A stretch of DNA of 64,000 bases from Candidatus Omnitrophota bacterium (GCA_018823705.1 JAHJHP010000031.1:1982-65981), one strand, 5' to 3'. Positions 28,487 through 37,467 are shown, counted from the stretch's first letter. Notes: generated by a model from the letters alone, not told the origin. Program-made: numbers and translations.

Positions 28487-29938
28487 ATGAGCGGTATATT
28501 CGGAGTGGCATCGAAGCACGATTGCGTGAGGGACCTTTTTTACGGGACGGACTATCATTCCCATCTGGGCACCGAATTCGGGGGGATGGCGGTCCTGGGT
28601 AAGAAGTTCACCAGGCAGATACATAATATAAGCCAGACGCAGTTCAAATCGAAGTTTTACGAGGATTCCAGGCTGATGTCCGGCACCAAGGGCATCGGAG
28701 TGATAAGCGCGCATGACGAACAACCTATCTACATAAATTCCAGGTTCGGGCCCTTCTGTATAGTGACCAACGGATTTATAGAGAATGCCGAAAAATTGGC
28801 CGCCGGGCTTATGGATAGAGGGGTGTCTTTCAGCGAGGTCACAAAAGGTTCCGTGAATATCACGGAGCTTATAGCCAAACTCATTGTGGAAGGAAGCTCT
28901 ATAGTAAGCGGGATAGAAAAGATGTTCGAGATGATAGAGGGATCTTGCTCGCTGCTGTTGCTGAATAAGGACGGTATATATGCCGCGCGCGACAGGTACG
29001 GGTATACTTCGATGGTGCTCGGTAAGCGCAAAGACGCCTGGGCTGTCACCTCGGAGACATCGGCATTTCCCAATAACGGTTTTGAGATCGCAAGTGACCT
29101 GGGCCCCGGCGAGATAGTCCTTATAAATGAGGACGGCCCCCAGGTAAAGAAGGTTCAGGGCGTCAGATCCCAAATCTGCACTTTCTTTTGGATATATACG
29201 GGATTTCCGGCGTCCACCTACGAAGGCGTAAATACCGAGATCGTCAGGGAGAGATCCGGCCGTTTTCTGGCAAAGCGCGACAAGGATATAGGCGTGGATC
29301 TTGTGGCAGGCGTTCCGGACTCGGGTGTGGGGCATGCTATAGGATACGCGATGGAATCCGGCAAACCCTACAGGCGTCCGCTGGTAAAGTATACGCCCGG
29401 TTACGGCAGAAGCTATACTCCACCGTCTCAGGAGACCAGGGACCTTATAGCAACGATGAAGCTGATACCCGTGAAAGAGATAATTGATTCACAGCGCATC
29501 GTGCTATGCGAAGATTCAATAGTGCGCGGCACACAGCTCAAGAACTTCGCGATCAAAAAACTATGGAGCGCGGGAGCCAAAGAGATACATGTGAGGCCTG
29601 CCTGTCCGCCGCTTATGTTCCCCTGCCGCTTCAATCTTTCGACGCGCACTATAAATGAACTTGTTGCGCGCAGGGCGATACGCAGCATCGAAGGGCGTGA
29701 TGTCGCGGATGTAGCAGCCTATATTGATCATAAATCTCCGAAATACAGAAAGATGGTGGATTGGATCGCGAAATATATCGGAGTCACAACCCTCAGATAC
29801 CAGACTGTGGATGACATGGTAAAGGCGATAGGCCTCCCCAGGGAGAAGCTTTGTCTATATTGCTGGACAGGTGAATGTTGCGGCAAGTCCTCCTGCCGGA
29901 AGAAGAGCAAAGAGAGCGAAACGGTTTTAAAATCATAA
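28487..29938 (+). CDS. purF: amidophosphoribosyltransferase-like protein (PurF homolog; N-terminal nucleophile position is Ser not Cys; Cys-rich C-terminal tail)
   Basis: Ntn-amidotransferase fold plus PRTase motif VLCEDSIVRGTQ. Begins MSGIFGV where canonical PurF has MCGI. Tail CLYCWTGECCGKSSC. Confidence 0.7.
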   Translation: MSGIFGVASKHDCVRDLFYGTDYHSHLGTEFGGMAVLGKKFTRQIHNISQTQFKSKFYEDSRLMSGTKGIGVISAHDEQPIYINSRFGPFCIVTNGFIENAEKLAAGLMDRGVSFSEVTKGSVNITELIAKLIVEGSSIVSGIEKMFEMIEGSCSLLLLNKDGIYAARDRYGYTSMVLGKRKDAWAVTSETSAFPNNGFEIASDLGPGEIVLINEDGPQVKKVQGVRSQICTFFWIYTGFPASTYEGVNTEIVRERSGRFLAKRDKDIGVDLVAGVPDSGVGHAIGYAMESGKPYRRPLVKYTPGYGRSYTPPSQETRDLIATMKLIPVKEIIDSQRIVLCEDSIVRGTQLKNFAIKKLWSAGAKEIHVRPACPPLMFPCRFNLSTRTINELVARRAIRSIEGRDVADVAAYIDHKSPKYRKMVDWIAKYIGVTTLRYQTVDDMVKAIGLPREKLCLYCWTGECCGKSSCRKKSKESETVLKS

Positions 29939-29953
29939 TCAAAGGAAGATAAT

Positions 29954-30427
29954 ATGCAAGAAGGTTCCTACCTTTCAAGCGCAGGGCATGAAAAGCTGAG
30001 TAAAGAACTGGAGCAATTAAAGACGGTAAAACGCAGGGCGCTGTCAAAGGCGATCGGCGAAGCGAGAGCCCATGGAGACATCAGCGAGAACGCCGAATAT
30101 GACGCCGCGAAAGAGGCTCAGGGGCTGAATGAGAAAAGGATCTCGGAGCTTGAGAATAAACTCGCGGCCTCTCAGATAATAGATGAAGAGCAGATGTCAT
30201 CCGATGAAGTGTTGGTCGGGGCAACCGTTCAGCTGGCCGATATCAAATCGGGCCGTGAGATCACTTATACCCTGGTGGCGGAGGAAGAGGCCGACTATTC
30301 AAAGGGTATGATATCAGTATCTTCTCCGGTCGGCAGCGGGCTTCTGAATCACAAAGAAGGCGATACGGTCGAGATTAAGGTGCCGGCAGGAGTCCTAAAA
30401 TATAAGGTACTTAAGATATCGAGATGA
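29954..30427 (+). CDS. greA: transcription elongation factor GreA
   Basis: N-terminal coiled coil plus FKBP-like C-terminal domain. 157 aa. Confidence 0.9.
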   Translation: MQEGSYLSSAGHEKLSKELEQLKTVKRRALSKAIGEARAHGDISENAEYDAAKEAQGLNEKRISELENKLAASQIIDEEQMSSDEVLVGATVQLADIKSGREITYTLVAEEEADYSKGMISVSSPVGSGLLNHKEGDTVEIKVPAGVLKYKVLKISR

Positions 30428-31764
30428 CACTAAACGCGATGAAGACCCTCGAAAGAGACCTTCGTTTATCCAGGAGAGAGCTTGAAAGCATAGTCAAAAG
30501 CTTTCACCAAGAGATGAAAAAGGGCCTCACGGGGTCATCGGGTTCCCTGAAGATGATCCCCACCTATGTCGACAGACCCACCGGAAGCGAAAAAGGGAGA
30601 TACCTCGCCCTGGACCTGGGAGGTACGAACTTCAGGATACTGAGCCTGACGCTAAAGGGGCGCGGCATTCCCTCTGATAAACGGGTCATGAAGTTCGCGC
30701 TGAGGAAAAGGGATATCTCCACTACAGGCAAGAGGCTCTTTAAGTTCCTGGCCGGATCGATCAAAAAATTCATCAAAGAAAAGAAGATAGACCTCTCCGG
30801 AAGTATAGATCTCGGCTTCACATTCTCTTTTCCGGTCAAGACTACCGGCCCGGCCAGCGGGACGCTCATCGTCTGGACTAAGGGTTTCAGCGCAAGCGGC
30901 GTAGAAGGGCGCGATGTCGTGGCCCTATTGGAAAGGGCTATCGCGGACGAGAAGATCGACAACATATCTGTGGTAGCGCTTGCCAACGATACCGTAGGCA
31001 CGCTGGTGGCCAGGAGTTACGATGATAAAGATTGCGATGTCGGAGTCATAATAGGAACCGGCACCAATGCCTGTTACGTGGAAGATCTCCGTAATATCAG
31101 GAAGATGAAGAACCTGCGCCGGCAGCCTGGCACGATGATAATCAATATAGAGTGGGGTAATTTCAACAGGCTTAAAGCAACGCGATATGACAGGCAGCTT
31201 GACGGAGAGTCTATCAATCCCGGCGCCCAGATACTGGAGAAGATGGTCTCCGGAATGTATCTTGGCGAACTTTGCAGGCTCATAGCCGTCGACCTCATAT
31301 CCGAAAAGATATTATTCGGCGGCAGGGCCTGCGGAAACTTTAATAAAAATATGGCTTTTAGCGGCGAATTTGTGTCACAGGTATTGGCGGACAGGTCCCG
31401 GGGCTTGAGCGGGATCATATCTTTGTTACGGCGCCTGGGCGTGAAAGATCCGGGAACTGAAGACGGAAAAACGATAAGAAAGATCTGTAGCCTGCTGGCG
31501 GTAAGGGCCGCGCGCATAAGCGCCGCCGCGATATTCGCGGTCATCACCAGGATAGATCCGGATATAAAGAAGAGGCATATCGTTGCCATAGACGGCAGCG
31601 TTTATGAAAAACTTCCCGGATTTGCTGAAAATATTAAAAGTGCCGTTAGTGAATTATCGGGCGTTCGGACGGGGAAGATAAGGATATCGCTGACTAAAGA
31701 CGGTTCAGGCTATGGCGCGGCTATTATCGCGGCGGTGTCATCGGCGGAGGGGGACACTAAGTGA
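30424..31764 (+). CDS. hexokinase-family sugar kinase (eukaryote-type hexokinase fold)
   Basis: LALDLGGTNFRIL phosphate-1 motif. IGTGTNACYVE. 446 aa. Confidence 0.75.
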   Translation: MTLNAMKTLERDLRLSRRELESIVKSFHQEMKKGLTGSSGSLKMIPTYVDRPTGSEKGRYLALDLGGTNFRILSLTLKGRGIPSDKRVMKFALRKRDISTTGKRLFKFLAGSIKKFIKEKKIDLSGSIDLGFTFSFPVKTTGPASGTLIVWTKGFSASGVEGRDVVALLERAIADEKIDNISVVALANDTVGTLVARSYDDKDCDVGVIIGTGTNACYVEDLRNIRKMKNLRRQPGTMIINIEWGNFNRLKATRYDRQLDGESINPGAQILEKMVSGMYLGELCRLIAVDLISEKILFGGRACGNFNKNMAFSGEFVSQVLADRSRGLSGIISLLRRLGVKDPGTEDGKTIRKICSLLAVRAARISAAAIFAVITRIDPDIKKRHIVAIDGSVYEKLPGFAENIKSAVSELSGVRTGKIRISLTKDGSGYGAAIIAAVSSAEGDTK

Positions 31765-33041
31765 GGAATAAAAATAAAGTCCTTGATACTGACAAAGTAA
31801 GCAATCTGGAGCGTAAACGTATCGACGCGCAACTGCGCAAGAGCGATGAGCGCTATCGGGCACTTACTGAAATGGCCGAGGACCTTATATATATGGTAGA
31901 CAAGTCCGGGCACATAGTATATATAAATACCTTTGGCGCGGCGTACTTTGGTAAGAAACCCAAGGATATGATAGGTAAGTACCTTCCTGATATGTTCTTA
32001 CATGAAGAAGCAGCGCATTTTATGAGAAGCTTCAGAAAAGTCCTGAAGACCGGTAAGTCTGTCTTCATTTATGGTGAATTTGGATTTCATGGCAGTAGAT
32101 TCTGGCTGGATACGCGCCTGAGCCCTATAACCGACGATAACGGTAAGATAACGCATATAATGGGTATATCCCGGGACGTGACAAGCTATAGGCGGGCGGA
32201 GGAAGTGCTTGAGAGAGATAAGGTAGAGCTTGAGAGGCTGGTAAGAGAGAACAGTAAAAAACTTTTGGCAACTCAGAAAAAACTCGACAGGGCCGGCAGG
32301 TTAGCCGATATAGGGACGATCTCCGCAACGATTGCCCATGAATTGCGAAGTCCGCTGGCGGCTATCGGTTTAGCGGCTTATAATATAAGAACAAAGAGCA
32401 AGGACCCTCAGATCAGCGGCAATATACGGAATATAGAGATAAAGGTGCTCGAGAGTGACCAGATAATCAAGAATCTGCTGTTATACTCCGGGCTAAAATC
32501 GCCTATACGGGAGGTTGTAAAAGTTTGCGAGTTACTGAGCGAGTGCGTGGATCTTGCGCACTCTATGTTCCCGGAGCACGATATAAAGATACGTAAGATA
32601 TTCAAATGCCCGCGCGATACGACGTTGAAGGCGGATCCGGTGCAGCTGCAGGAGGTATTTAATAATATATTGAATAATTCCTGCGAGTCATTTGAGAAGA
32701 AGAAGGGCGACATAAAGATATCTGCATCCGTGTATAAGGAGGGTAAATTCAGAATAGTATTCAAAGATAACGGCCCGGGAATAAGCCCTGCGGTGCTTGA
32801 GCATATCTACGAGCCCTTCAACAGCACAAAAGCGGAAGGAACCGGATTGGGGCTGCCGGTCTGTAAGCAGATAGTAAATCTTCACGGCGGTAAGATGGAT
32901 ATAGTAAGTTTGCCGGGCAAGGGCACGACGATTACCATTTACCTGCCCGCCTGTGGTCGCACCCCACGCGGGCAGGCGGGACTTCCGCTTAAAAACGGTC
33001 AGGCACGTGGTCAGCAGAGGCCTATAAAAACCGAACCATAA
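31761..33041 (+). CDS. PAS-domain sensor histidine kinase
   Basis: PAS region. H-box IAHELRSPL. N/G1/G2 boxes (DNGPGISP, GTGLGL). Confidence 0.85.
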   Translation: MRNKNKVLDTDKVSNLERKRIDAQLRKSDERYRALTEMAEDLIYMVDKSGHIVYINTFGAAYFGKKPKDMIGKYLPDMFLHEEAAHFMRSFRKVLKTGKSVFIYGEFGFHGSRFWLDTRLSPITDDNGKITHIMGISRDVTSYRRAEEVLERDKVELERLVRENSKKLLATQKKLDRAGRLADIGTISATIAHELRSPLAAIGLAAYNIRTKSKDPQISGNIRNIEIKVLESDQIIKNLLLYSGLKSPIREVVKVCELLSECVDLAHSMFPEHDIKIRKIFKCPRDTTLKADPVQLQEVFNNILNNSCESFEKKKGDIKISASVYKEGKFRIVFKDNGPGISPAVLEHIYEPFNSTKAEGTGLGLPVCKQIVNLHGGKMDIVSLPGKGTTITIYLPACGRTPRGQAGLPLKNGQARGQQRPIKTEP

Positions 33042-33058
33042 AAAAGGAGACGCGCGAA

Positions 33059-33448
33059 ATGGCTCCAAAGAAGATATTGATAGTTGACGATGATAAAGAA
33101 TATCTGGAAGAGCTGAGCGAGATGCTGACTCTGGCGGGATATGATGTAACGGCTATTAGCGATGGCGCTTCTGCCGTAAAGGCCGCGCAAGTCACAATGC
33201 CGGACATAATATTAATGGACCTTCGTATGCCGATAATGAGCGGATTCGAAGTTGCCGACCGCCTTAAGGTGCTTACCCAGACATGCAAGATACCCGTGAT
33301 AGCCATAACGGGGTATTATACGATGAAGGAGCACGTATGGCTGATGAAATTTTGCGGTATTAAAAGATGTATAAAAAAACCGGTCAATCCGATCGATATA
33401 AAAGCGGAAATAGAGAGCGTTTTAAAAGAGCAGGAAGCTTCAGGATAA
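33059..33448 (+). CDS. response regulator, receiver domain only
   Basis: ILIVDDD...phospho-acceptor D in IILMDLRMP. Confidence 0.85.
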   Translation: MAPKKILIVDDDKEYLEELSEMLTLAGYDVTAISDGASAVKAAQVTMPDIILMDLRMPIMSGFEVADRLKVLTQTCKIPVIAITGYYTMKEHVWLMKFCGIKRCIKKPVNPIDIKAEIESVLKEQEASG

Positions 33449-33472
33449 TGACATTTTGAATCGGGTAATAAA

Positions 33473-33526
33473 GGCCTCGGTCGGAGACCTCGGCACTTAG
33501 CTAACACTGTGGCTTAATAAACTTGG
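33473..33526 (+). repeat. 54-nt leader repeat (family D: GGCCTCGGTCGGAGACCTCGGCACTTAGC-N12-GGCTTAATAAACTTGG), single copy, abutting the RBS
   Basis: Also present as two tandem copies at 36312-36417. Ends in cttggagg, i.e. it supplies or abuts the Shine-Dalgarno sequence. Confidence 0.7.
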
Positions 33527-33538
33527 AGGTGGCTTGAG

Positions 33539-33718
33539 ATGGCAAAAGTTATGAACGTGGGTACAGATTATTTAAAGAAGGCTTCAGGCAAAAATCTCGG
33601 TAATATGGTCCAGAAGAAAGCATATGAGTTGTATGTGAAAAGAGGTAAGCGGCCCGGCCACGAGCTGGACGACTGGCTGGAGGCCGAAAGGCTCATAAGG
33701 CAGAAGGCCAGTTTCTAA
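33539..33718 (+). CDS. DUF2934-like small protein (59 aa; below the ORF-track length cut-off)
   Basis: MAKVMNVGTDYLKK...KKAYELYVKRGKRPGHELDDWLEAERLIRQKASF. Paralog of 18082..18264. RBS ggagg. Confidence 0.55.
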   Translation: MAKVMNVGTDYLKKASGKNLGNMVQKKAYELYVKRGKRPGHELDDWLEAERLIRQKASF

Positions 33719-33732
33719 TTGGGAAATCAATT

Positions 33733-34857
33733 ATGAAGTCAAAGCATGGCCGCGCCGGAGATGAAGCTCCCAGGAGAAAGTCTTACGCCGAAGAAAGGAT
33801 AGAAGACGCCGTTATGCAGCTATCCGCGGTGATAGAGCGTATCGATGAGGGTATAGCTTTATGCGATTCGAACGGCCAATTTGTGATATTTAATTCGAAG
33901 ATGGAGGAGATAACCGGATATAAGATGGAGGAGGCCAACACCCACAAAGATTTTCTCAAGGCGATCTATCCGGATCACGAAGAAAGACGTAAAGCTCTTG
34001 AGAGGCTTGGCGAAGTCGTAAAGAAGGGTAAGGTATATGAGGCCGAATCGACTATAACGTCAAAGGAAGGGGTAGTAAAGACGCTCCTCGTATCCACATC
34101 GCTAATACCGCATATGGGCCAGGATATGTTCCTCAGCGTTTACCGCGATATAACCAAACATAAGAAGTTTAATCAGCTCAAAGATGATTTTATAGACATG
34201 GTCTCTCACGAACTGCGTACGCCGCTATCCATCGTCAATGAGGGGATAAATATTATTCTGGATGAGATACCCGGCAAGATAAACCCCCAGCAGGCCAGAA
34301 TACTGACAAGCGCTAAGGCCAACATAGAAAGGCTGAAGCGCATATTAAACAATCTGCTGGATATCTCAAAAATAGAAGCCGACAAAGTAGTCATGAAAAA
34401 AGAGGTAATGGATATTAAGAAACTGATGAAAGATGTCCTATTCTCGTTTGAACCCAAGATGAAAGAGAAGGGCCTGGAGGCAAAGATGGACCTGCCGGAA
34501 GTTGAAATAAAGGCCTGCGCGGATAAGGATATGATGGCGCAAATTATGACGAACCTTATCGATAACGCGATAAAGTTTACCGAACATGGTTTTGTAAGGG
34601 TATCAGTCAGAGAAACTAAGGAAGGCATTGAATGTTCGGTTTCAGACACCGGCATCGGGATCACCGCCGAGAACCTTCCCAGGATATTCGGAAAGTTCCA
34701 GCAATTCGCGCGAGTAACCGGACCCAGTGAGAAGGGCACAGGGCTTGGCCTCCTGATATCGAAGAAACTGGTAGATATGCATGGCGGCAGTATACACGTG
34801 GAGAGCAGGCTCGGCAAAGGCACAAAGATTATCTTCACATTACCAGGAGACGCTTAA
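33733..34857 (+). CDS. PAS-domain sensor histidine kinase
   Basis: H-box MVSHELRTPL. G-boxes (DTGIGI, GTGLGL). Confidence 0.85.
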   Translation: MKSKHGRAGDEAPRRKSYAEERIEDAVMQLSAVIERIDEGIALCDSNGQFVIFNSKMEEITGYKMEEANTHKDFLKAIYPDHEERRKALERLGEVVKKGKVYEAESTITSKEGVVKTLLVSTSLIPHMGQDMFLSVYRDITKHKKFNQLKDDFIDMVSHELRTPLSIVNEGINIILDEIPGKINPQQARILTSAKANIERLKRILNNLLDISKIEADKVVMKKEVMDIKKLMKDVLFSFEPKMKEKGLEAKMDLPEVEIKACADKDMMAQIMTNLIDNAIKFTEHGFVRVSVRETKEGIECSVSDTGIGITAENLPRIFGKFQQFARVTGPSEKGTGLGLLISKKLVDMHGGSIHVESRLGKGTKIIFTLPGDA

Positions 34858-34877
34858 GTGCGCTTAAGGAGGGTACC

Positions 34878-35264
34878 ATGACCAGGAAGAGGGCCATACT
34901 TGTGGTCGATGATGAGGTTGAATTTTTAAAGATGATAAGGCTCAGGCTGGAGGCAAACGATTACGAAGTCGTCACCGCGATAAACGGAGCACAGGCCAAG
35001 GAGAAGCTTAAGAGCTATAAGCTCGATGCGGTTCTCCTGGATATAATGCTGCCCGATATGAACGGTATCGATATATTGAAGACGATCAGGAAGACAGATA
35101 AGAATATGCCGGTCTTTATGATAACGGCGTTCTCCAGTCCGGAGCGCTTTGAGCTGGCCAATAAGTTTAATGCCTCGGGTTTCATCGTCAAGACCGATGA
35201 CCTTCAGGTGGAGGTCAATAATATAACGAGCGCGATAAGGCTTGCGGATAAATTTAAAGGTTAG
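34878..35264 (+). CDS. response regulator, receiver domain only
   Basis: ILVVDDEVEFL...VLLDIMLPDMNG. Confidence 0.85.
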   Translation: MTRKRAILVVDDEVEFLKMIRLRLEANDYEVVTAINGAQAKEKLKSYKLDAVLLDIMLPDMNGIDILKTIRKTDKNMPVFMITAFSSPERFELANKFNASGFIVKTDDLQVEVNNITSAIRLADKFKG

Positions 35265-35312
35265 AAAGCTTTGAGTTAGATTACACGTCCCCTAATTCAT
35301 TAGGATGACTTT

Positions 35313-35981
35313 ATGGTAGCGATCATAGCATCGTTTATATTTGTCCTTCTGGCGGAGATGGGGGATAAGACTCAGCTTCTGGCGATGGCGTTTGCGACAA
35401 GATACAGCGCTCATAAGGTGCTTATTGCAGTATTCTTTGCGACTCTCCTGAACCACGCGCTCGCGGTAGCTGCGGGTCATTACCTGACTACCGTAGTGCC
35501 TATGGATATCATCTCTTTTATTGCCGCGCTCTCCTTCATAATATTCGGGCTATGGACCATTCGCGGCGATAAACTTGATCGTGAGGATAAGAAGGTATCA
35601 CTCTTTGGTCCGGTGATGACCGTTGGCATCGCGTTCTTCCTTGCCGAAATGGGGGACAAGACGCAGCTTGCCACTATCAGCCTTGCCGTAGAATACAGGA
35701 GTATGCTGCACGTTCTCATCGGGACGACTCTCGGCATGGTAGTAGCGGACGCCATAGGTATCTCTATCGGTATAGTCATGCGCAAACATATCCCGAAGGG
35801 TGCTATTAAGTGGATCTCTGCGTCTATTTTTATACTATTCGGGCTTAGCGGAGTTCACAGAGTATTATCCGGCCATATCGGCAGCACATATGTCTGGCTC
35901 GCCATCACATTTATTATCGCGTGCACAGCCTATTGCGCGCGCTATCTGATCAGGAAAAATTCCCGCCTGGTTGTAAGCTGA
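35313..35981 (+). CDS. GDT1/TMEM165 (UPF0016) family putative Ca2+/Mn2+:H+ antiporter
   Basis: Duplicated E-x-G-D-K-T-Q motifs (LAEMGDKTQL twice). Confidence 0.8.
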   Translation: MVAIIASFIFVLLAEMGDKTQLLAMAFATRYSAHKVLIAVFFATLLNHALAVAAGHYLTTVVPMDIISFIAALSFIIFGLWTIRGDKLDREDKKVSLFGPVMTVGIAFFLAEMGDKTQLATISLAVEYRSMLHVLIGTTLGMVVADAIGISIGIVMRKHIPKGAIKWISASIFILFGLSGVHRVLSGHIGSTYVWLAITFIIACTAYCARYLIRKNSRLVVS

Positions 35982-35997
35982 AATAACAGACAATCCT

Positions 35998-36025
35998 TGA
36001 CTTAAGATAAGCGCATGCTATAATA
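35998..36025 (+). promoter_or_regulatory. sigma70-like promoter TTGACT-16-TATAAT driving the TPP riboswitch
   Basis: ccttgacttaagataagcgcatgctataataag, about 15 nt upstream of the riboswitch. Confidence 0.5.
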
Positions 36026-36040
36026 AGACCGTTAAGAAAA

Positions 36041-36190
36041 GGGGAGGTCGTAGGTACGGCCTGAGAGTTCCGCGCGCGCCTTCGGGCGCAGAGCGGATTA
36101 CCCAATGAACCTGATCTGGATAATGCCAGCGGAGGGAGAGGGGGGATGAAGAACGATAACCTTTATGCGACAAGCATAAGGGTTTTTTAT
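36041..36190 (+). promoter_or_regulatory. TPP (THI-box) riboswitch with intrinsic-terminator expression platform
   Basis: cctgagag...acccaatgaacctgatctggataatgccagcggagggag matches the THI-box core (CUGAGA ... ACCC.UGAACCUGAUCUGGAUAAUGCCAGCG.AGGGA). Followed by hairpin cctttatgc-gacaa-gcataaggg then tttttt. Confidence 0.85.
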
Positions 36191-36311
36191 TGAGGCCACA
36201 ACTTATGGGGCCATATTCTGCTGGCAGCGACATAAGTTGTAAGGACGAAATAATCCCGCCTGAATAAGAATTTTTCATATATCTGGCGGGATAATCAGCA
36301 ACCACAACTAA

Positions 36312-36417
36312 GGCCTCGGTCGGAGACCTCGGCACTTAGCCAATATCGTGGCTTAATAAACTTGGCCTCGGTCGGAGACCTCGGCACTTAGCCAATATCG
36401 TGGCTTAATAAACTTGG
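36312..36417 (+). repeat. two tandem copies of 52-nt leader repeat family D, immediately upstream of the thi4 RBS
   Basis: Two near-identical units (ggcctcggtcggagacctcggcacttagccaatatcgtggcttaataaactt), head to tail, with no spacer. Confidence 0.75.
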
Positions 36418-36428
36418 AGGGCGGATAA

Positions 36429-37238
36429 ATGTTTAAAAAGATAACAGAGTCTCAAATAAGCAGGGCCATTGTTGGTGAATTCACTAAGTGGTTTAATGAG
36501 TATATTGTTTCGGATGTTATAGTAGTAGGTGGAGGCCCCAGTGGCCTGATCGCGGCGCGTGATCTGGCGAATAGCGGCCTTAAGACGCTAATAATAGAGA
36601 GTAATAATTATATAGGCGGGGGCTTCTGGATAGGCGGATATTTTATGAATACCCTGACCTTCAGGGCTCCGTCAGACGAGATCCTTGATGAACTGAAGAT
36701 ACCTTATAAAGAGGTAGAAGACGGACTGTTCGTTGCGGATGGCCCTACCGCCTGCTCAAAACTCATTTCTGCGACCTGCGATTCCGGCGCTAAAATCCTG
36801 AACCTAACCAAATTTGACGATGTTGTCCATCGTAACAACAGAGTTGAGGGAGCAGTAATTAACTGGTCGCCGGTTTCTGCTCTACCGAGACAGCTCACCT
36901 GCGTAGATCCTATTGCTCTGGAATCAAAGGTTGTAATCGATGCTACCGGCCATGATGCCTGGGTGGCGAAGAGCCTTGAAAAGAGAGGGTTATTGAAACT
37001 GCAGACATACGGACCTATGGATGTGTGTTCCTCGGAGGATCTTGTAGTCGAAAAAACAGGGGAAGTATACCCCGGCTTATATGTGATGGGCATGGCAGCG
37101 GCTACCGTTCATGGCATACCACGCATGGGCCCAACATTCGGGGGGATGCTCTTCTCAGGCAGGAAAGCAGCTGAGCAGATAATAAAAAAATTGAATCAAA
37201 AAGAACAGTTTTCCGCTAAAGAAACTGTAGCTGTTTAA
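36429..37238 (+). CDS. thi4: thiazole biosynthesis enzyme Thi4 (archaeal/eukaryotic type)
   Basis: VIVVGGGPSGLIAA FAD/NAD fold. GMAAATVHGIPRMGPTFGGMLFSG. 269 aa. Downstream of the TPP riboswitch. Confidence 0.85.
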   Translation: MFKKITESQISRAIVGEFTKWFNEYIVSDVIVVGGGPSGLIAARDLANSGLKTLIIESNNYIGGGFWIGGYFMNTLTFRAPSDEILDELKIPYKEVEDGLFVADGPTACSKLISATCDSGAKILNLTKFDDVVHRNNRVEGAVINWSPVSALPRQLTCVDPIALESKVVIDATGHDAWVAKSLEKRGLLKLQTYGPMDVCSSEDLVVEKTGEVYPGLYVMGMAAATVHGIPRMGPTFGGMLFSGRKAAEQIIKKLNQKEQFSAKETVAV

Positions 37239-37265
37239 GAATATTCTAAACAGAGATTATATATT

Positions 37266-37441
37266 GTAGCCCGGGCTCCTGCCTACCTGCTTTCCTATTG
37301 GCAAGTAGGCAGGCAGGTAAGCCCGGGCTACAATCGTGTATAACCGTAATAGTTTAGCCGGAAGAACAACTTACGACGTAGGGGACATTTAAATGTCCCC
37401 TACAACCTCGTAGAGATACTTCTTTATGCTAAACTATTACG
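37266..37441. repeat. intergenic palindromic repeat cluster: family B hairpin (GTAGCCCGGGCTCCTGCCTACCTGC...GCAGGTAAGCCCGGGCTAC) plus an adjacent ~100-bp imperfect palindrome
   Basis: Family B unit recurs at 51707-51786. Arms cgtaatagtttagc (37345-58) / gctaaactattacg (37428-41) enclose the palindrome gtaggggacatttaaatgtcccctac. Confidence 0.7.
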
Positions 37442-37467
37442 TATAGCTATCTTCGAAAAAAAATGTC

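Noticed and set aside
28472-29335. 287-aa minus-strand ORF antisense to purF
   Set aside because: Completely overlaps a well-supported + strand gene. No recognisable motifs. Composition typical of a GC-rich antisense frame. Treated as a shadow ORF.
35265-35312. Looked for a yybP-ykoY (Mn2+) riboswitch in front of the GDT1/UPF0016 gene, a frequent association
   Set aside because: The intergenic space is only about 48 nt. It is occupied by a solo MITE end fragment (ACACGTCCCCTAATTC). It is too short for the ~100-nt aptamer, and no conserved riboswitch core was seen.
36312-36417. Tandem direct repeats considered as a possible minimal CRISPR array
   Set aside because: Only two units, directly abutting with no spacer. 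A third copy 2.8 kb away is solitary. No cas genes. The unit carries an RBS-proximal end. Better explained as a leader/UTR repeat.
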